Shown here piece after piece: positions 18,416 through 27,814 of a stretch of DNA of 64,000 bases. The first letter of the stretch is position 1, and every line of letters starts with the position of its first letter. The translations under genes and the position numbers were made by a program. This stretch comes from Candidatus Shapirobacteria bacterium GW2011_GWF2_37_20. GTDB taxonomy: Bacteria; Patescibacteriota; Microgenomatia; UBA12405. Below the pieces are notes generated by a model, which saw nothing but the letters and a program-made list of their open reading frames with translations, did no database searches and had not been told where the DNA came from. The stretch covers positions 2,448 through 66,447 of the forward strand of contig LBTB01000006.1 in NCBI GenBank assembly GCA_000989305.1. The letters run 5' to 3'.

Positions 18416-19960
18416 TTAGAAGTATCCCTCTTTTTGCAGACGTTCTAATTTTTGGGGAGAAATATTGGTTTTTTGAGGGCTAGTTAGAATTTCTGCATCA
18501 GATTGTAAGCTGTCATAGTAACGCAAAACACTTATCTTTTTGTAAAGTGATTGGGTCAACTCGGGGTAAAGATTGGCGACGTTGTTTTTTTCGTCCGGAT
18601 CGATAACTTTGTTGTAGAGGAAGGATTGCTCAGAACTGCTGGCAATATTGGGCAAATAGTATAGCCAATTCTGGTTTAGAAGAAGCTGTCCTTCAAGGTT
18701 TTCACTATAAATAAACCTTTCGTTGTCATCTATTTGAGAATCCAAGTTCGACAAAAGCGATTTTCCTTGCAGATTTAATGATAAATTTATGCCGACTAAT
18801 TCTAAGATGGTGGGAAAAATATCAATATTGCCCGTGGTTGACTTAATAATTTTGGGTGAAACTTTGGGGTAATTAACGATAAGCGGAGTGTAATAGAGAT
18901 CAGAATGGTGGTTGCTATCATGACCCAAAGTACCGTATTCTCCAAAAGATTCTCCATGGTCGGACATAATGATAGTTACGGTGTTTTTCAAATATCTTCT
19001 TTCATTTATTTTTTTAAAAAGTGGAGCTAAACTTTGATCGACCTGACTTACCATGGAGTCATACATCATCCGAAGGTAGATTAAATGAGAAGGGTTCTTT
19101 ATATCAAAAGTTTCCAGATAAGAGTTATAGATGGGCATCCAATTATCAATGAAAATATTTTCCCGGTCGGAATATTGATCGTAAAGTTTATAAAATAATT
19201 GAGAAACACTGGTGTCATTTGGCTTATCAGGAGAAAGGAAGATTGAACTATACTGATCGATTACTTCTTTTTTAAATACTTCGGAAGAATGTTTCTTTAA
19301 ATAATCGTTGAATATTGGCTCAAACTCTAGTTGATTAATCGGCATTTTTGGAGGGGCAGTAAGGGTGTTGTCGATAGGTTTAGCATCATTGCTGATTAGA
19401 TAGGGAAGATGTAAGTCGTCTCGGTAATAGTGAATAAACCAGGGTTTAGGTTTTTTTGATAATTGAGTAATTACCTCTGTTACATTTTCGGTGGTAATCA
19501 GATCATAGCCAACCAAGCCACCGTTTTCTCTGGTTAAGGTTGAGGTGTTATCGTCTTTACCTATAAACACCGTGTAGTAACCCTGGCCTTGAAGAGTTTT
19601 GGCTAGAGTGGCTTTGGAGTCATCGAGTTTGTGAACATAAGGAAAACGCACCCGATGGAAGGTAGGATAAAGCGAAGTGATGGTTGAGAAAATGCTTGGG
19701 AGCGTCCAATTTGCTGGCGAATAATTGTTTTTAAAAAGAAGGGATTTGTTGGCAAAATCGCAAATGTTGGGGGTAGTATTTCGATGATATCCGTAACAAG
19801 GTAATTCATCAGCCCGTAAAGTATCGATATCGATAAGTAAAATATTGCAATGATCACAGACCTTTTCCGGTACTTGCTTATTTATCCGATGGTTTATGTA
19901 AAAAAACCCAATGACTACTAACCCAAATAAAATAAAAATTTTTTTGTTTGTCGGGCTCAT
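18416..19960 (-). CDS. sulfatase-like (alkaline phosphatase superfamily, LtaS-type) membrane-anchored hydrolase/transferase
   Basis: N-terminal TM, the LIDIDTLRAD metal-binding motif and MSDHGESFGEYG. Nucleophile position SPANWT has Thr/Ser rather than the Cys of the CxPxR motif. Confidence 0.7.
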   Translation of the reverse strand: MSPTNKKIFILFGLVVIGFFYINHRINKQVPEKVCDHCNILLIDIDTLRADELPCYGYHRNTTPNICDFANKSLLFKNNYSPANWTLPSIFSTITSLYPTFHRVRFPYVHKLDDSKATLAKTLQGQGYYTVFIGKDDNTSTLTRENGGLVGYDLITTENVTEVITQLSKKPKPWFIHYYRDDLHLPYLISNDAKPIDNTLTAPPKMPINQLEFEPIFNDYLKKHSSEVFKKEVIDQYSSIFLSPDKPNDTSVSQLFYKLYDQYSDRENIFIDNWMPIYNSYLETFDIKNPSHLIYLRMMYDSMVSQVDQSLAPLFKKINERRYLKNTVTIIMSDHGESFGEYGTLGHDSNHHSDLYYTPLIVNYPKVSPKIIKSTTGNIDIFPTILELVGINLSLNLQGKSLLSNLDSQIDDNERFIYSENLEGQLLLNQNWLYYLPNIASSSEQSFLYNKVIDPDEKNNVANLYPELTQSLYKKISVLRYYDSLQSDAEILTSPQKTNISPQKLERLQKEGYF

Positions 19961-20003
19961 CTATTGTCTTTACTATAACATTGCTATTTAGTATAGTGAA
20001 AAT

Positions 20004-21395
20004 ATGAAAACAAAAGTACTAATAGCTGTAATTTTATTAACCATAGTAATTATATTTTCAAAGTATTTACCGCAGAAGGCGACAGAGTCAAATAAAAAAA
20101 GCAACTTGATAATAATCTCTTTAGATGGCTTGCAGGCAAAACATCTAAATAGCTACGGATATACCTTGAATACCACCCCTAATTTGGATGCTTTTTTAAG
20201 TCAGTCAACTTTGTTTACAAAAACGATAAGCCCATCATCCTGGACAGTACCGACTCATATGTCAATTTTTACTTCAATGTATCCATCTGAACATAAAGTA
20301 ATAAATAAATTTAGTGACTATGATATGAAAACTAAAAAAGGGGTAATTGCTAACTTAAAAAAACTTTCACCTGACGCAGTAACACTGGCTGAGGTTCTCA
20401 AAAATGAGGGTTATGCCACCGGAGGTTTTACTGGCGACGCTGGAGTTGGTCCCCAGTTTGGTTTTGACCAAGGTTTTGATACTTATTTTGAAACTGAAAC
20501 TTTTGGTGGAATGGATGGGAGTGTTCCAAAAGCAATTGAATGGTTGACCCAAAACAAGGACAAGCCATTTTTTCTATTCCTTCACGGATATGATGTTCAT
20601 GGTCAACATGAACCAAAAGATGGTTTTGATTATAGATACGTTAATAAGCCATACACCGGGAAATATACCGGAAGTAAGGTCGAACAGGGAAAACTGCGGG
20701 AGGAAGCATTGGCTAATGGCGGAATGTTGAAAATGTCGGATGAAGATGTGGCATTTTGGAGGGCAATTTATGATGAAAAAATAAATAAGATGGATTTGGA
20801 GTTTAAGAGTTTTATGGACCAGATAAAGGAGATGGATATTTTAGATAATACGGTGGTAATGATTATCAGTGATCATGGAACTGAATTCTTTGAACATAAA
20901 AGCATTGACCATGGAGCTACGTTGTATGGCGAACTCGTGAACGTGTTGTTTGCAATTCGTCAACCTAGGCAGGAAGAAGGTAGAAAAGTTGATCAACTAG
21001 TCAGTACTTTTGATATCATGCCGACCGCTTTGGATTTACTAGGTATCAATAATCCGGTTCCTCAACAAACAAAGGGGGCGAATATAGTCCCAGCCCTAAA
21101 GGGAGAAAATGTGGCCCACGACATTTATATTGAAACCGATTACCGACTATATACCTTTAAGAGGAGCCTGCAGACACCAGATAACTGGAAACTTATTTTA
21201 ACCTTAGACAGTGGAAAAAAAGAACTTTATAACCTTAATGACGACCCTAATGAATTGAAAAATTTGATAGAGGAAAATCCAGAAAAGGGGTTCGAATTAG
21301 AGCAAAAATTATTGACTCATATCGAGGCCACCTCAGGTCAAAGAAATGCTAGCCAATTAGGATGCTCACCTGTTTATGGTGATCAGTGTAAATAA
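20004..21395 (+). CDS. sulfatase-like (alkaline phosphatase superfamily, LtaS-type) membrane-anchored hydrolase/transferase
   Basis: Paralogous to 18416-19960 and divergently transcribed. ISLDGLQAKHLN, SPSSWTVPTHMSIFTSMYP and ISDHGTEFFEHKSIDHG. Confidence 0.7.
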   Translation: MKTKVLIAVILLTIVIIFSKYLPQKATESNKKSNLIIISLDGLQAKHLNSYGYTLNTTPNLDAFLSQSTLFTKTISPSSWTVPTHMSIFTSMYPSEHKVINKFSDYDMKTKKGVIANLKKLSPDAVTLAEVLKNEGYATGGFTGDAGVGPQFGFDQGFDTYFETETFGGMDGSVPKAIEWLTQNKDKPFFLFLHGYDVHGQHEPKDGFDYRYVNKPYTGKYTGSKVEQGKLREEALANGGMLKMSDEDVAFWRAIYDEKINKMDLEFKSFMDQIKEMDILDNTVVMIISDHGTEFFEHKSIDHGATLYGELVNVLFAIRQPRQEEGRKVDQLVSTFDIMPTALDLLGINNPVPQQTKGANIVPALKGENVAHDIYIETDYRLYTFKRSLQTPDNWKLILTLDSGKKELYNLNDDPNELKNLIEENPEKGFELEQKLLTHIEATSGQRNASQLGCSPVYGDQCK

Positions 21396-21399
21396 GACT

Positions 21400-22416
21400 T
21401 TATCCGGTAATCTTGGAAAGGTGGGGTATTTTAGAAACTAGAAATGCTAGTAGGTATGAGGGAATTAGGGTGGCTAATAAAAAAAAGAAGGGATGGGAAA
21501 GAAACGGATGGGGAATAAGTATCCACGTAATTTCGATAATAATCACATGAACCAGATAAACAAAGAATGAGTAAGAAGCTATTTTATTAATAAAAACTGT
21601 CTTATGTTTAAAGCGACTGAAAATATAGAAAAATAGAGCTGAAAAAACAAGAGTATAAATAAAATTGACGGGACGCCAATTGGAATAAAATGAAAGATAA
21701 TTTTGGTTTTGCAGATAAAGATTTCTTCCCTCCAGGGTAATGTAGCCCGCCAAAATTAGAAAAACTGAAATAAATAATATCTGATATTTTTTGACAAAAT
21801 CCAATATTTTTACCTGATGATGGCTGGCTAAAATTCCTAAAACAAAAATATTAAAATTTAAGAGAAAAACAGAGACAGGGTGAGGAAAAGGTAGGGGTTG
21901 AAAATAGTAATCAAGAGACAGGAGCGATAGTTGAACAATAAGCAGAAAAATAAGAATAAATTTACGGGCAAAGAACTTAATGTGGCGATGAAGAAAAGGA
22001 AATACTAAATAAAAAATAAATAGTGAGGGAACAAAATAGAGTTGGTATGAGGCGTCACCTAAAAGAAAAGCGGTAAAAAAACTTTTGGTGTTGATGGTAT
22101 AAACAAAGTAATAATATATAAGGCTCCAAAAAAGATAAGGTAAAAATAAACGGGAAAAGCGTTTTTTTAAATAAGAAAAATAGTTGAAATCCTGGGGATA
22201 ATTTAATTCCAAAACAAAGGCAGAAATAAAGAAAAATAAGGGAACAGCAAAACGAAAGGCTTGGTTTAAAAATAAGGTAAATGTTTGATTTACCAAATCG
22301 TAATTATAATATTCAAGAATTTTGGTAGAGGTGTGAATTAAAACAACAGAAAAAATAGAAACAATCCTTAATAAGTCGATTGAAGGGTTGTATTTTTTTG
22401 AAATTGGCACCGACAT
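21400..22416 (-). CDS. acyltransferase family 3 (OafA/YrhL-like) membrane O-acyltransferase
   Basis: IDLLRIVSIFSVVLIHT near the N-terminus and about 10 TM helices. Confidence 0.75.
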   Translation of the reverse strand: MSVPISKKYNPSIDLLRIVSIFSVVLIHTSTKILEYYNYDLVNQTFTLFLNQAFRFAVPLFFFISAFVLELNYPQDFNYFSYLKKRFSRLFLPYLFWSLIYYYFVYTINTKSFFTAFLLGDASYQLYFVPSLFIFYLVFPFLHRHIKFFARKFILIFLLIVQLSLLSLDYYFQPLPFPHPVSVFLLNFNIFVLGILASHHQVKILDFVKKYQILFISVFLILAGYITLEGRNLYLQNQNYLSFYSNWRPVNFIYTLVFSALFFYIFSRFKHKTVFINKIASYSFFVYLVHVIIIEITWILIPHPFLSHPFFFLLATLIPSYLLAFLVSKIPHLSKITG

Positions 22417-22461
22417 AGGGAAGTTTAACAGGTGAGAGGTGAAAGTTGGTATTATTAATTA

Positions 22462-23538
22462 GTGATCAATACGCAAAGAAAAACAAAAATTGTGGCGACG
22501 CTTGGTCCGGCAAGTGAAACGGAAAGTAAGATAAGACAATTAATAGAAGCGGGAGTAAGTGTTTTTAGACTAAATATGAAATACGGAGAGAGAAAGTGGC
22601 ACGAGAAAAGAATTGAACTGATCCATAAAATCGGAAAGGGCCAGATACCGGTATTGTTAGACCTGCCAAGAAGTGATTTTGAAATAATTGAAGGAGCTGA
22701 TGTTTTGGCCTTGTCTTATGTAAAAAGCGCAGAAGAAATAAAAAAATTAAGAGAAAGGTTGAAGAGGAAGAATCAAGAAAAAACAATTATTGCTAAGATC
22801 GAAAATATGTCTGCAATAAGAAACCTAAAAGAAATAGTGGCTGAGGCCGATGGAATAATGGTAGCCAGAGGCGATTTGGGACGAAAAGTTCCAATAGAGG
22901 AGTTGGCTTTTTTACAAGAAAGAATTATTGACGAGTCAAGAAGACAAAATAAAGCAGTAATAGTGGCCACAGAAATGTTGTTGTCTATGACAAAAAACAG
23001 AGAACCGACCAGAGCAGAGGCCTCGGACGTGGCTCATGCTGTTTTTGACGGAGCTGATGCTCTGATGCTATCAGAGGAAACGGCAATCGGAAATTACCCT
23101 GAGGAATCGGTAAATACTATGTCCAAAATCGTTAAATTTAGTGAAGAAAATGGGCAAATAAAAAGTATTTTAAGTAAAAGTACCAGCTTTGCCGATAATC
23201 TGATAGAGGCGGCGGTTGGGGTGGCAACTCAGAGTGACAGGGTGATTGTGTTTACAAAATCTGGAAATTCGGCCAGGAAGTTAAATAATTACCGTCTAAA
23301 ACAAAATATAATTGCCGTGACCGATGAAGAAAAAACGGCCAGTTTATTGGCATTTTCCTTTGGAGTAATCCCCTATTTTAAGAAATTTAATGAGGGTAGT
23401 TACAGTCGTGAAGATAAATTTTTTACGGAGTTAATTGAAAAAAAATTGATTAAAAAAGGACAAAAGTTATTAATAATCCACGGCAACAACTGGTTAGAAA
23501 GCGGTTCAATTAATAACTTAAGTTTACTGGAACTTTAG
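22462..23538 (+). CDS. pyk: pyruvate kinase (short form, no C-terminal regulatory domain)
   Basis: [13 protein letters not shown]-terminal signature, MVARGDLG and the K/T catalytic region. At 358 aa it ends after the A domain. Confidence 0.85.
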   Translation: MINTQRKTKIVATLGPASETESKIRQLIEAGVSVFRLNMKYGERKWHEKRIELIHKIGKGQIPVLLDLPRSDFEIIEGADVLALSYVKSAEEIKKLRERLKRKNQEKTIIAKIENMSAIRNLKEIVAEADGIMVARGDLGRKVPIEELAFLQERIIDESRRQNKAVIVATEMLLSMTKNREPTRAEASDVAHAVFDGADALMLSEETAIGNYPEESVNTMSKIVKFSEENGQIKSILSKSTSFADNLIEAAVGVATQSDRVIVFTKSGNSARKLNNYRLKQNIIAVTDEEKTASLLAFSFGVIPYFKKFNEGSYSREDKFFTELIEKKLIKKGQKLLIIHGNNWLESGSINNLSLLEL

Positions 23539-23978
23539 TTTTTGTAATAAGACTTGATTTGAAAGAGGATATAAAAGGAAATAATTCCGTTGATAATAAC
23601 TGAAGCAAGTTTTAAATCTAAAAGATAACTGAGCAGAGAAAGGAGGGAGGCATAAAACATATATTTCCAAGACATTTGGGTTCTTTTAAAAAGACCAGGG
23701 ATAGCCATGGCACCCAAAACCAGGGCGGCAAGTGAAATTAAAGCGGTAACAGAAAAAGAAAATCCGCTTTGAAAGCCACCAACATAAGCCAAAGGCATGG
23801 CGACAGCAGTTAAACCAAAAGCCAACAGTATGGCTGGAATTGTAAGTATTAAAACAAGCAGATAAAGATAAGGACTATATTTGACAATAAATTCCTTAAC
23901 ATTTTCCGGCATAGCCGGAGCTTTTTTTCCGAAATATAAATCTAATTTTTTCTCGATTTGACCAAGATATTTGTTCAT
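23535..23978 (-). CDS. hypothetical membrane protein
   Basis: 147 aa with 3-4 predicted TM helices and no recognised motif. Its stop overlaps the pyk stop by 4 nt (convergent). Confidence 0.4.
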   Translation of the reverse strand: MNKYLGQIEKKLDLYFGKKAPAMPENVKEFIVKYSPYLYLLVLILTIPAILLAFGLTAVAMPLAYVGGFQSGFSFSVTALISLAALVLGAMAIPGLFKRTQMSWKYMFYASLLSLLSYLLDLKLASVIINGIISFYILFQIKSYYKN

Positions 23979-23993
23979 TTTATTTGATTAAAA

Positions 23994-24725
23994 TTATAAT
24001 TTTTTATCAGCTATTTTTTGAAAATGAGCAACCTCATTACTGACCCGAAGGAGAGATTCAAAAGTACCGGCATCTTCCCAGGTTCCAGTAAAAGTGTTAA
24101 CTTTTAATTCACCTTTATTTAAATAAAATTTATGCAAATCCGTGATTTCTATTTCTCCTCTGGCAGAGGGAACTAAATCTTTGGCCGCCTGACAAACACG
24201 GGAATCAAAGGTGTAAAGACCAACAATGGCATAGTTACTTTTGGGGTTAACTGGTTTTTCTTCAATGCTTAGGACTTCCTGCTTGGGACCAAACTCAACT
24301 ACACCATAACGTTCCGGATCCGGGACTTCTTTGGCAAAAATCATACCACCACTCTTAAAAGACTTGATACTTTCAGAGAAATTTTGATTGATAAAAATAT
24401 TGTCACCTAGAATCATGGTAACGTTGTCACCGTCAATAAAGTGTTCGCCGATAACAAAGGCATCTGCCAAACCACGAGGTTCTTTTTGAACAATATAACT
24501 AAAATGAACACCAAACTCGGAGCCATCACCCAAAAGATTTAAAAATTGGCCGGAATAATCCGGAGCGATGATTATTAAAATATCCTTGATGCCGGCATCA
24601 ATTAAGGTCTGGAGAGGATAATAGATCATGGGTTTATCGTAAACCGGCAGGAGTTGTTTGCTAGTAACTGAGGTTAGTGGACGTAAACGGGTGGCTCGTC
24701 CACCAGCTAAAATAATACCTTTCAT
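23994..24725 (-). CDS. sugar-1-phosphate nucleotidyltransferase (RmlA/ManC-like)
   Basis: MKGIILAGGRATRLRPLT N-terminal signature of NDP-sugar pyrophosphorylases. Confidence 0.85.
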   Translation of the reverse strand: MKGIILAGGRATRLRPLTSVTSKQLLPVYDKPMIYYPLQTLIDAGIKDILIIIAPDYSGQFLNLLGDGSEFGVHFSYIVQKEPRGLADAFVIGEHFIDGDNVTMILGDNIFINQNFSESIKSFKSGGMIFAKEVPDPERYGVVEFGPKQEVLSIEEKPVNPKSNYAIVGLYTFDSRVCQAAKDLVPSARGEIEITDLHKFYLNKGELKVNTFTGTWEDAGTFESLLRVSNEVAHFQKIADKKL

Positions 24726-24743
24726 AAATATATTAATTAATAA

Positions 24744-25919
24744 CTATTTGGATTTTTTCCAAATAAATTTGTTGTACATTAACCAATTGTAGGGTAAAAC
24801 CAGAAAAAGAATAATAAAGGGCAAAAGGAGTTGTCGATACTGAGCTCCAAAAATAGCGACACCTAAACTACCAACCACTGTTTGGATTAGAAGGGCACCG
24901 GCAGAAGTTAGGTTGAATTGGAAAAATTTGCCAATTAGCTGGGTGCCGGAAATGGTGGTGGACTTGAAAGTCCAAAGATTGTTTAAAGTGAAATTGCTAA
25001 TAATGGCCAGTTCAGTTGAAAGAAGCCAGGAAAGCCATTCGACACCCCAAAGCCGGGAAAATAGAGCCAAAGTACTGGCATTGATTAAATATCCGACAAA
25101 ACCAACAGTACCAAATTTAAGGAATTTTTGGGTGAATTCATCAAACCAACGAAGTTTAATCGCCACGATAAAAATGTCTTTGGCAGTTTTTGATTCAATC
25201 TTTGATTCACCGGCATTTCTAACTTTAAATTCAAGCGGAACTTCTTTAAATTTGGCACCCATTTTTAAGGTTTCAAAGAGAAGCTGAAGCTTATAACCAA
25301 AACTCTTGGTTAAAAGATGATTTTTGTAATCTAAACTCATTTTGTCGACATAACCCTTGACTCGGGTAACCTTAAGGCCGGTAGTGGGATCGGTTACTTT
25401 AAAAAAGTTTTTAAAAGGGAAAAACATAATAAAGCGGGCAGTAAAACCTCCAAACTCAGAAAAGAAAACTCGTTTAAAACCCCAGCCCTTGGGGTTACTA
25501 CCGCCTTTGATTTTGCGGGAGCCGATAACATAGTCATAACCCTCATCCATGGCTTGGAGCATGCTTGGAATGGTCTCAGGAGGGTGTTGAAAGTCACCAT
25601 CAAATTCAAAGACGTAATCAGCTTTTAATTCTTCCATGGCATATTTGAAACCCTTGAGATAGGCGGCACCGATACCGTCTTTACTGGTTTCTGTGTAAAG
25701 GTGGGTGTTGGCATATTTTTTAGATTTATCTTGTACAACTTTTCCGGTACCATCGGGTGAATTTCCATCAACTACCAAAATTTTCATATCCCACTTTTTT
25801 GGCAAAGAGGGAAAGGTTTTGGTATTTAAATATTCAATCATTTTGCCGATATTGTCGGCTTCATTATAGGTGGGAATAACGATGACAGCAGTTTCTTTTG
25901 TATTTTTTTTGGTCAACAT
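24744..25919 (-). CDS. GT2 polyprenol-phosphate glycosyltransferase (DPM1-like) fused to a C-terminal GtrA-like membrane domain
   Basis: VIVIPTYNEADNI and VVDGNSPDGT GT-A motifs, followed by 4 TM helices resembling GtrA. Confidence 0.8.
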   Translation of the reverse strand: MLTKKNTKETAVIVIPTYNEADNIGKMIEYLNTKTFPSLPKKWDMKILVVDGNSPDGTGKVVQDKSKKYANTHLYTETSKDGIGAAYLKGFKYAMEELKADYVFEFDGDFQHPPETIPSMLQAMDEGYDYVIGSRKIKGGSNPKGWGFKRVFFSEFGGFTARFIMFFPFKNFFKVTDPTTGLKVTRVKGYVDKMSLDYKNHLLTKSFGYKLQLLFETLKMGAKFKEVPLEFKVRNAGESKIESKTAKDIFIVAIKLRWFDEFTQKFLKFGTVGFVGYLINASTLALFSRLWGVEWLSWLLSTELAIISNFTLNNLWTFKSTTISGTQLIGKFFQFNLTSAGALLIQTVVGSLGVAIFGAQYRQLLLPFIILFLVLPYNWLMYNKFIWKKSK

Positions 25920-25936
25920 AGATTTATCTTAACACA

Positions 25937-26593
25937 ATGTTAAAATACATTATGAAATTTGACATTATTACCCTATTTCCCGAAATGTTTGCGGGTGTTT
26001 TTGACGTGAGCATAATTGGTAGAGCTAAAGAAAAAGGGTTGGTGGAAATTAATTTTCATCAAATGAGAAAATGGGCTTGGAATTCCTACGGGGCAGTGGA
26101 TGACCGACCTTACGGTGGAGATGTAGGTATGCTGATAAGAGTAGACGTAATCGACAAGGCCTTAAAAGAGATTAAGGGGGAGAAATCACATATCATTTTG
26201 ACGTCGGCACGCGGTAAAAGATTTACACAAGAAGATGCAAAAAGATTGGCTAAAGAAAAAAATCTTATAATAATTTGTGGCCACTATGAAGGTTTTGATG
26301 AAAGAATCTCCTCTTTGGTGGATGAAGAAATTTCGATTGGCGATTATGTGTTGACTGGTGGTGAAATCCCAGCAATGGTAATTACAGATTCTGTGAGCCG
26401 ATTATTACCGGGGGTACTGGGTAAAGATGAGTCAAGTCAGGTAGAAAGTTTTTCCGATCCAGAAAAAAACATCGAGTTTCCTCAATATACCAGACCAGCA
26501 GAATATAATGGACAAAAAGTTCCGGAAGTATTAATGTCGGGAGATCCAAAAAAAATTAAAGAGTGGCAGAAAAAGTTTACGGAGAAAGGGTAG
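25937..26593 (+). CDS. trmD: tRNA (guanine37-N1)-methyltransferase
   Basis: MKFDIITLFPEMF N-terminus and the SPOUT knot region (GGEIPAMVITDSVSRLLPG). Confidence 0.9.
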   Translation: MLKYIMKFDIITLFPEMFAGVFDVSIIGRAKEKGLVEINFHQMRKWAWNSYGAVDDRPYGGDVGMLIRVDVIDKALKEIKGEKSHIILTSARGKRFTQEDAKRLAKEKNLIIICGHYEGFDERISSLVDEEISIGDYVLTGGEIPAMVITDSVSRLLPGVLGKDESSQVESFSDPEKNIEFPQYTRPAEYNGQKVPEVLMSGDPKKIKEWQKKFTEKG

Positions 26594-26849
26594 TCAGGGC
26601 GATAATAACGGCAAATAAGGCTAGAAGAAAATATTCCAAAATAATTGAGAACTGAAGATCGCCACGACGGTAGTGATGGTAAAGACTCCAAATCAAATAG
26701 ATGCCAGAGGTAACATAAACAACCCGACGCTGATCATGGGCATCAAAATTCTGACGGAAATAAAAAAATACAAAAGCGGCTATTATTAATATTACTCCCA
26801 AAATAAGGTAGTTTAGAGGATGTTTTTTGATTTCCTTGAAAATAACCAT
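26577..26849 (-). CDS. small membrane protein (90 aa)
   Basis: Two predicted TM helices and no recognised motifs. Its stop overlaps the trmD stop by 17 nt (convergent). Translationally coupled to the upstream CAP-domain gene. Confidence 0.3.
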   Translation of the reverse strand: MVIFKEIKKHPLNYLILGVILIIAAFVFFYFRQNFDAHDQRRVVYVTSGIYLIWSLYHHYRRGDLQFSIILEYFLLALFAVIIALTTLSP

Positions 26850-26852
26850 AAT

Positions 26853-27725
26853 TTAGAAAATGGTCCCCTGACGACCAAAAATTAACAACATTAGGATAAT
26901 TAATAAGAAGCCAATATGACTGGCTGAAGAACCGGTTAAGCGAGGGGTGTTATTTTTGAGGGTGATATAAGAATCAATAATCAAAACACCAAGAATTAGG
27001 GTAAAAATTATGGTACCAATAATTTTACTGATTAATAGCGGGCTGATCAGAGACGGGGTAACAGCACTGGTTCCGAGAGATTGAGTGGAAATAAGTGGCT
27101 CGGGAGCAGTTACGACGTCTGGGCTTGGGGCAGTAGTTTGTTTTTTGACGGCAACTTGGGTATTGAGGGGGGTAGCAAAATGTTGGACAACAAGGGTGGT
27201 CTTTACACCACTTAAAACTCCATTAATCACGGCAATACCAATTTCCTGGTATTTATCGTTAATAATATTATCCCGGTGAGTCGGAGAATTCATCCAGGCT
27301 TTTATAAGTCCATCGGTATCATAGAAATCTTTAGCCAAATTCTCTCCGGCAATGGAATACTTATAGCCAGCAGATTTGAAAAAATCCCAAGGGGTCTTAC
27401 CGGCAGGAGAATTGTGAGACCAATAGTTGTTGCTAAACATGTCGTTGGCTTTGGCGGCAGCAGACTGTGAAAGAGTGTCATTATATTCCAGGACAGGAAG
27501 GCCCAATTTTTGCCGTTCACTATTGGTTTGGTTGAGAACCTTTTGGGCAGTGATTTCTGAAGAATAACCCAAAATTCCAGGCTTTAAGACAGTCAGGGAT
27601 TGAATAATGGATTGATTGAGTAAGTAAAGAGCAATAAAGATGCCTAAAAATGAAGGTCGAAGTAGCAGAGCCCGGTGATTATTTTTTTCCTGAGGAATAA
27701 AGAGTAAAGATAAAAATCCGGCCAT
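26853..27725 (-). CDS. CAP/SCP/PR-1 superfamily (YkwD-like) domain protein with flanking TM segments
   Basis: ITAQKVLNQTNSERQKLGLPVLEYNDTLSQSAAAKANDM...HRDNIINDKYQEIGIAVING corresponds to the CAP domain core. Hydrophobic segments lie at both ends. Confidence 0.7.
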   Translation of the reverse strand: MAGFLSLLFIPQEKNNHRALLLRPSFLGIFIALYLLNQSIIQSLTVLKPGILGYSSEITAQKVLNQTNSERQKLGLPVLEYNDTLSQSAAAKANDMFSNNYWSHNSPAGKTPWDFFKSAGYKYSIAGENLAKDFYDTDGLIKAWMNSPTHRDNIINDKYQEIGIAVINGVLSGVKTTLVVQHFATPLNTQVAVKKQTTAPSPDVVTAPEPLISTQSLGTSAVTPSLISPLLISKIIGTIIFTLILGVLIIDSYITLKNNTPRLTGSSASHIGFLLIILMLLIFGRQGTIF

Positions 27726-27814
27726 AAAATTAGTATAGCCGTAAGAGGAACTTTTTTAAAGGGAAGTTACTAATTGATGCTAATGGTGTAACTTGTTACA
27801 CTTATTTTATAAGT

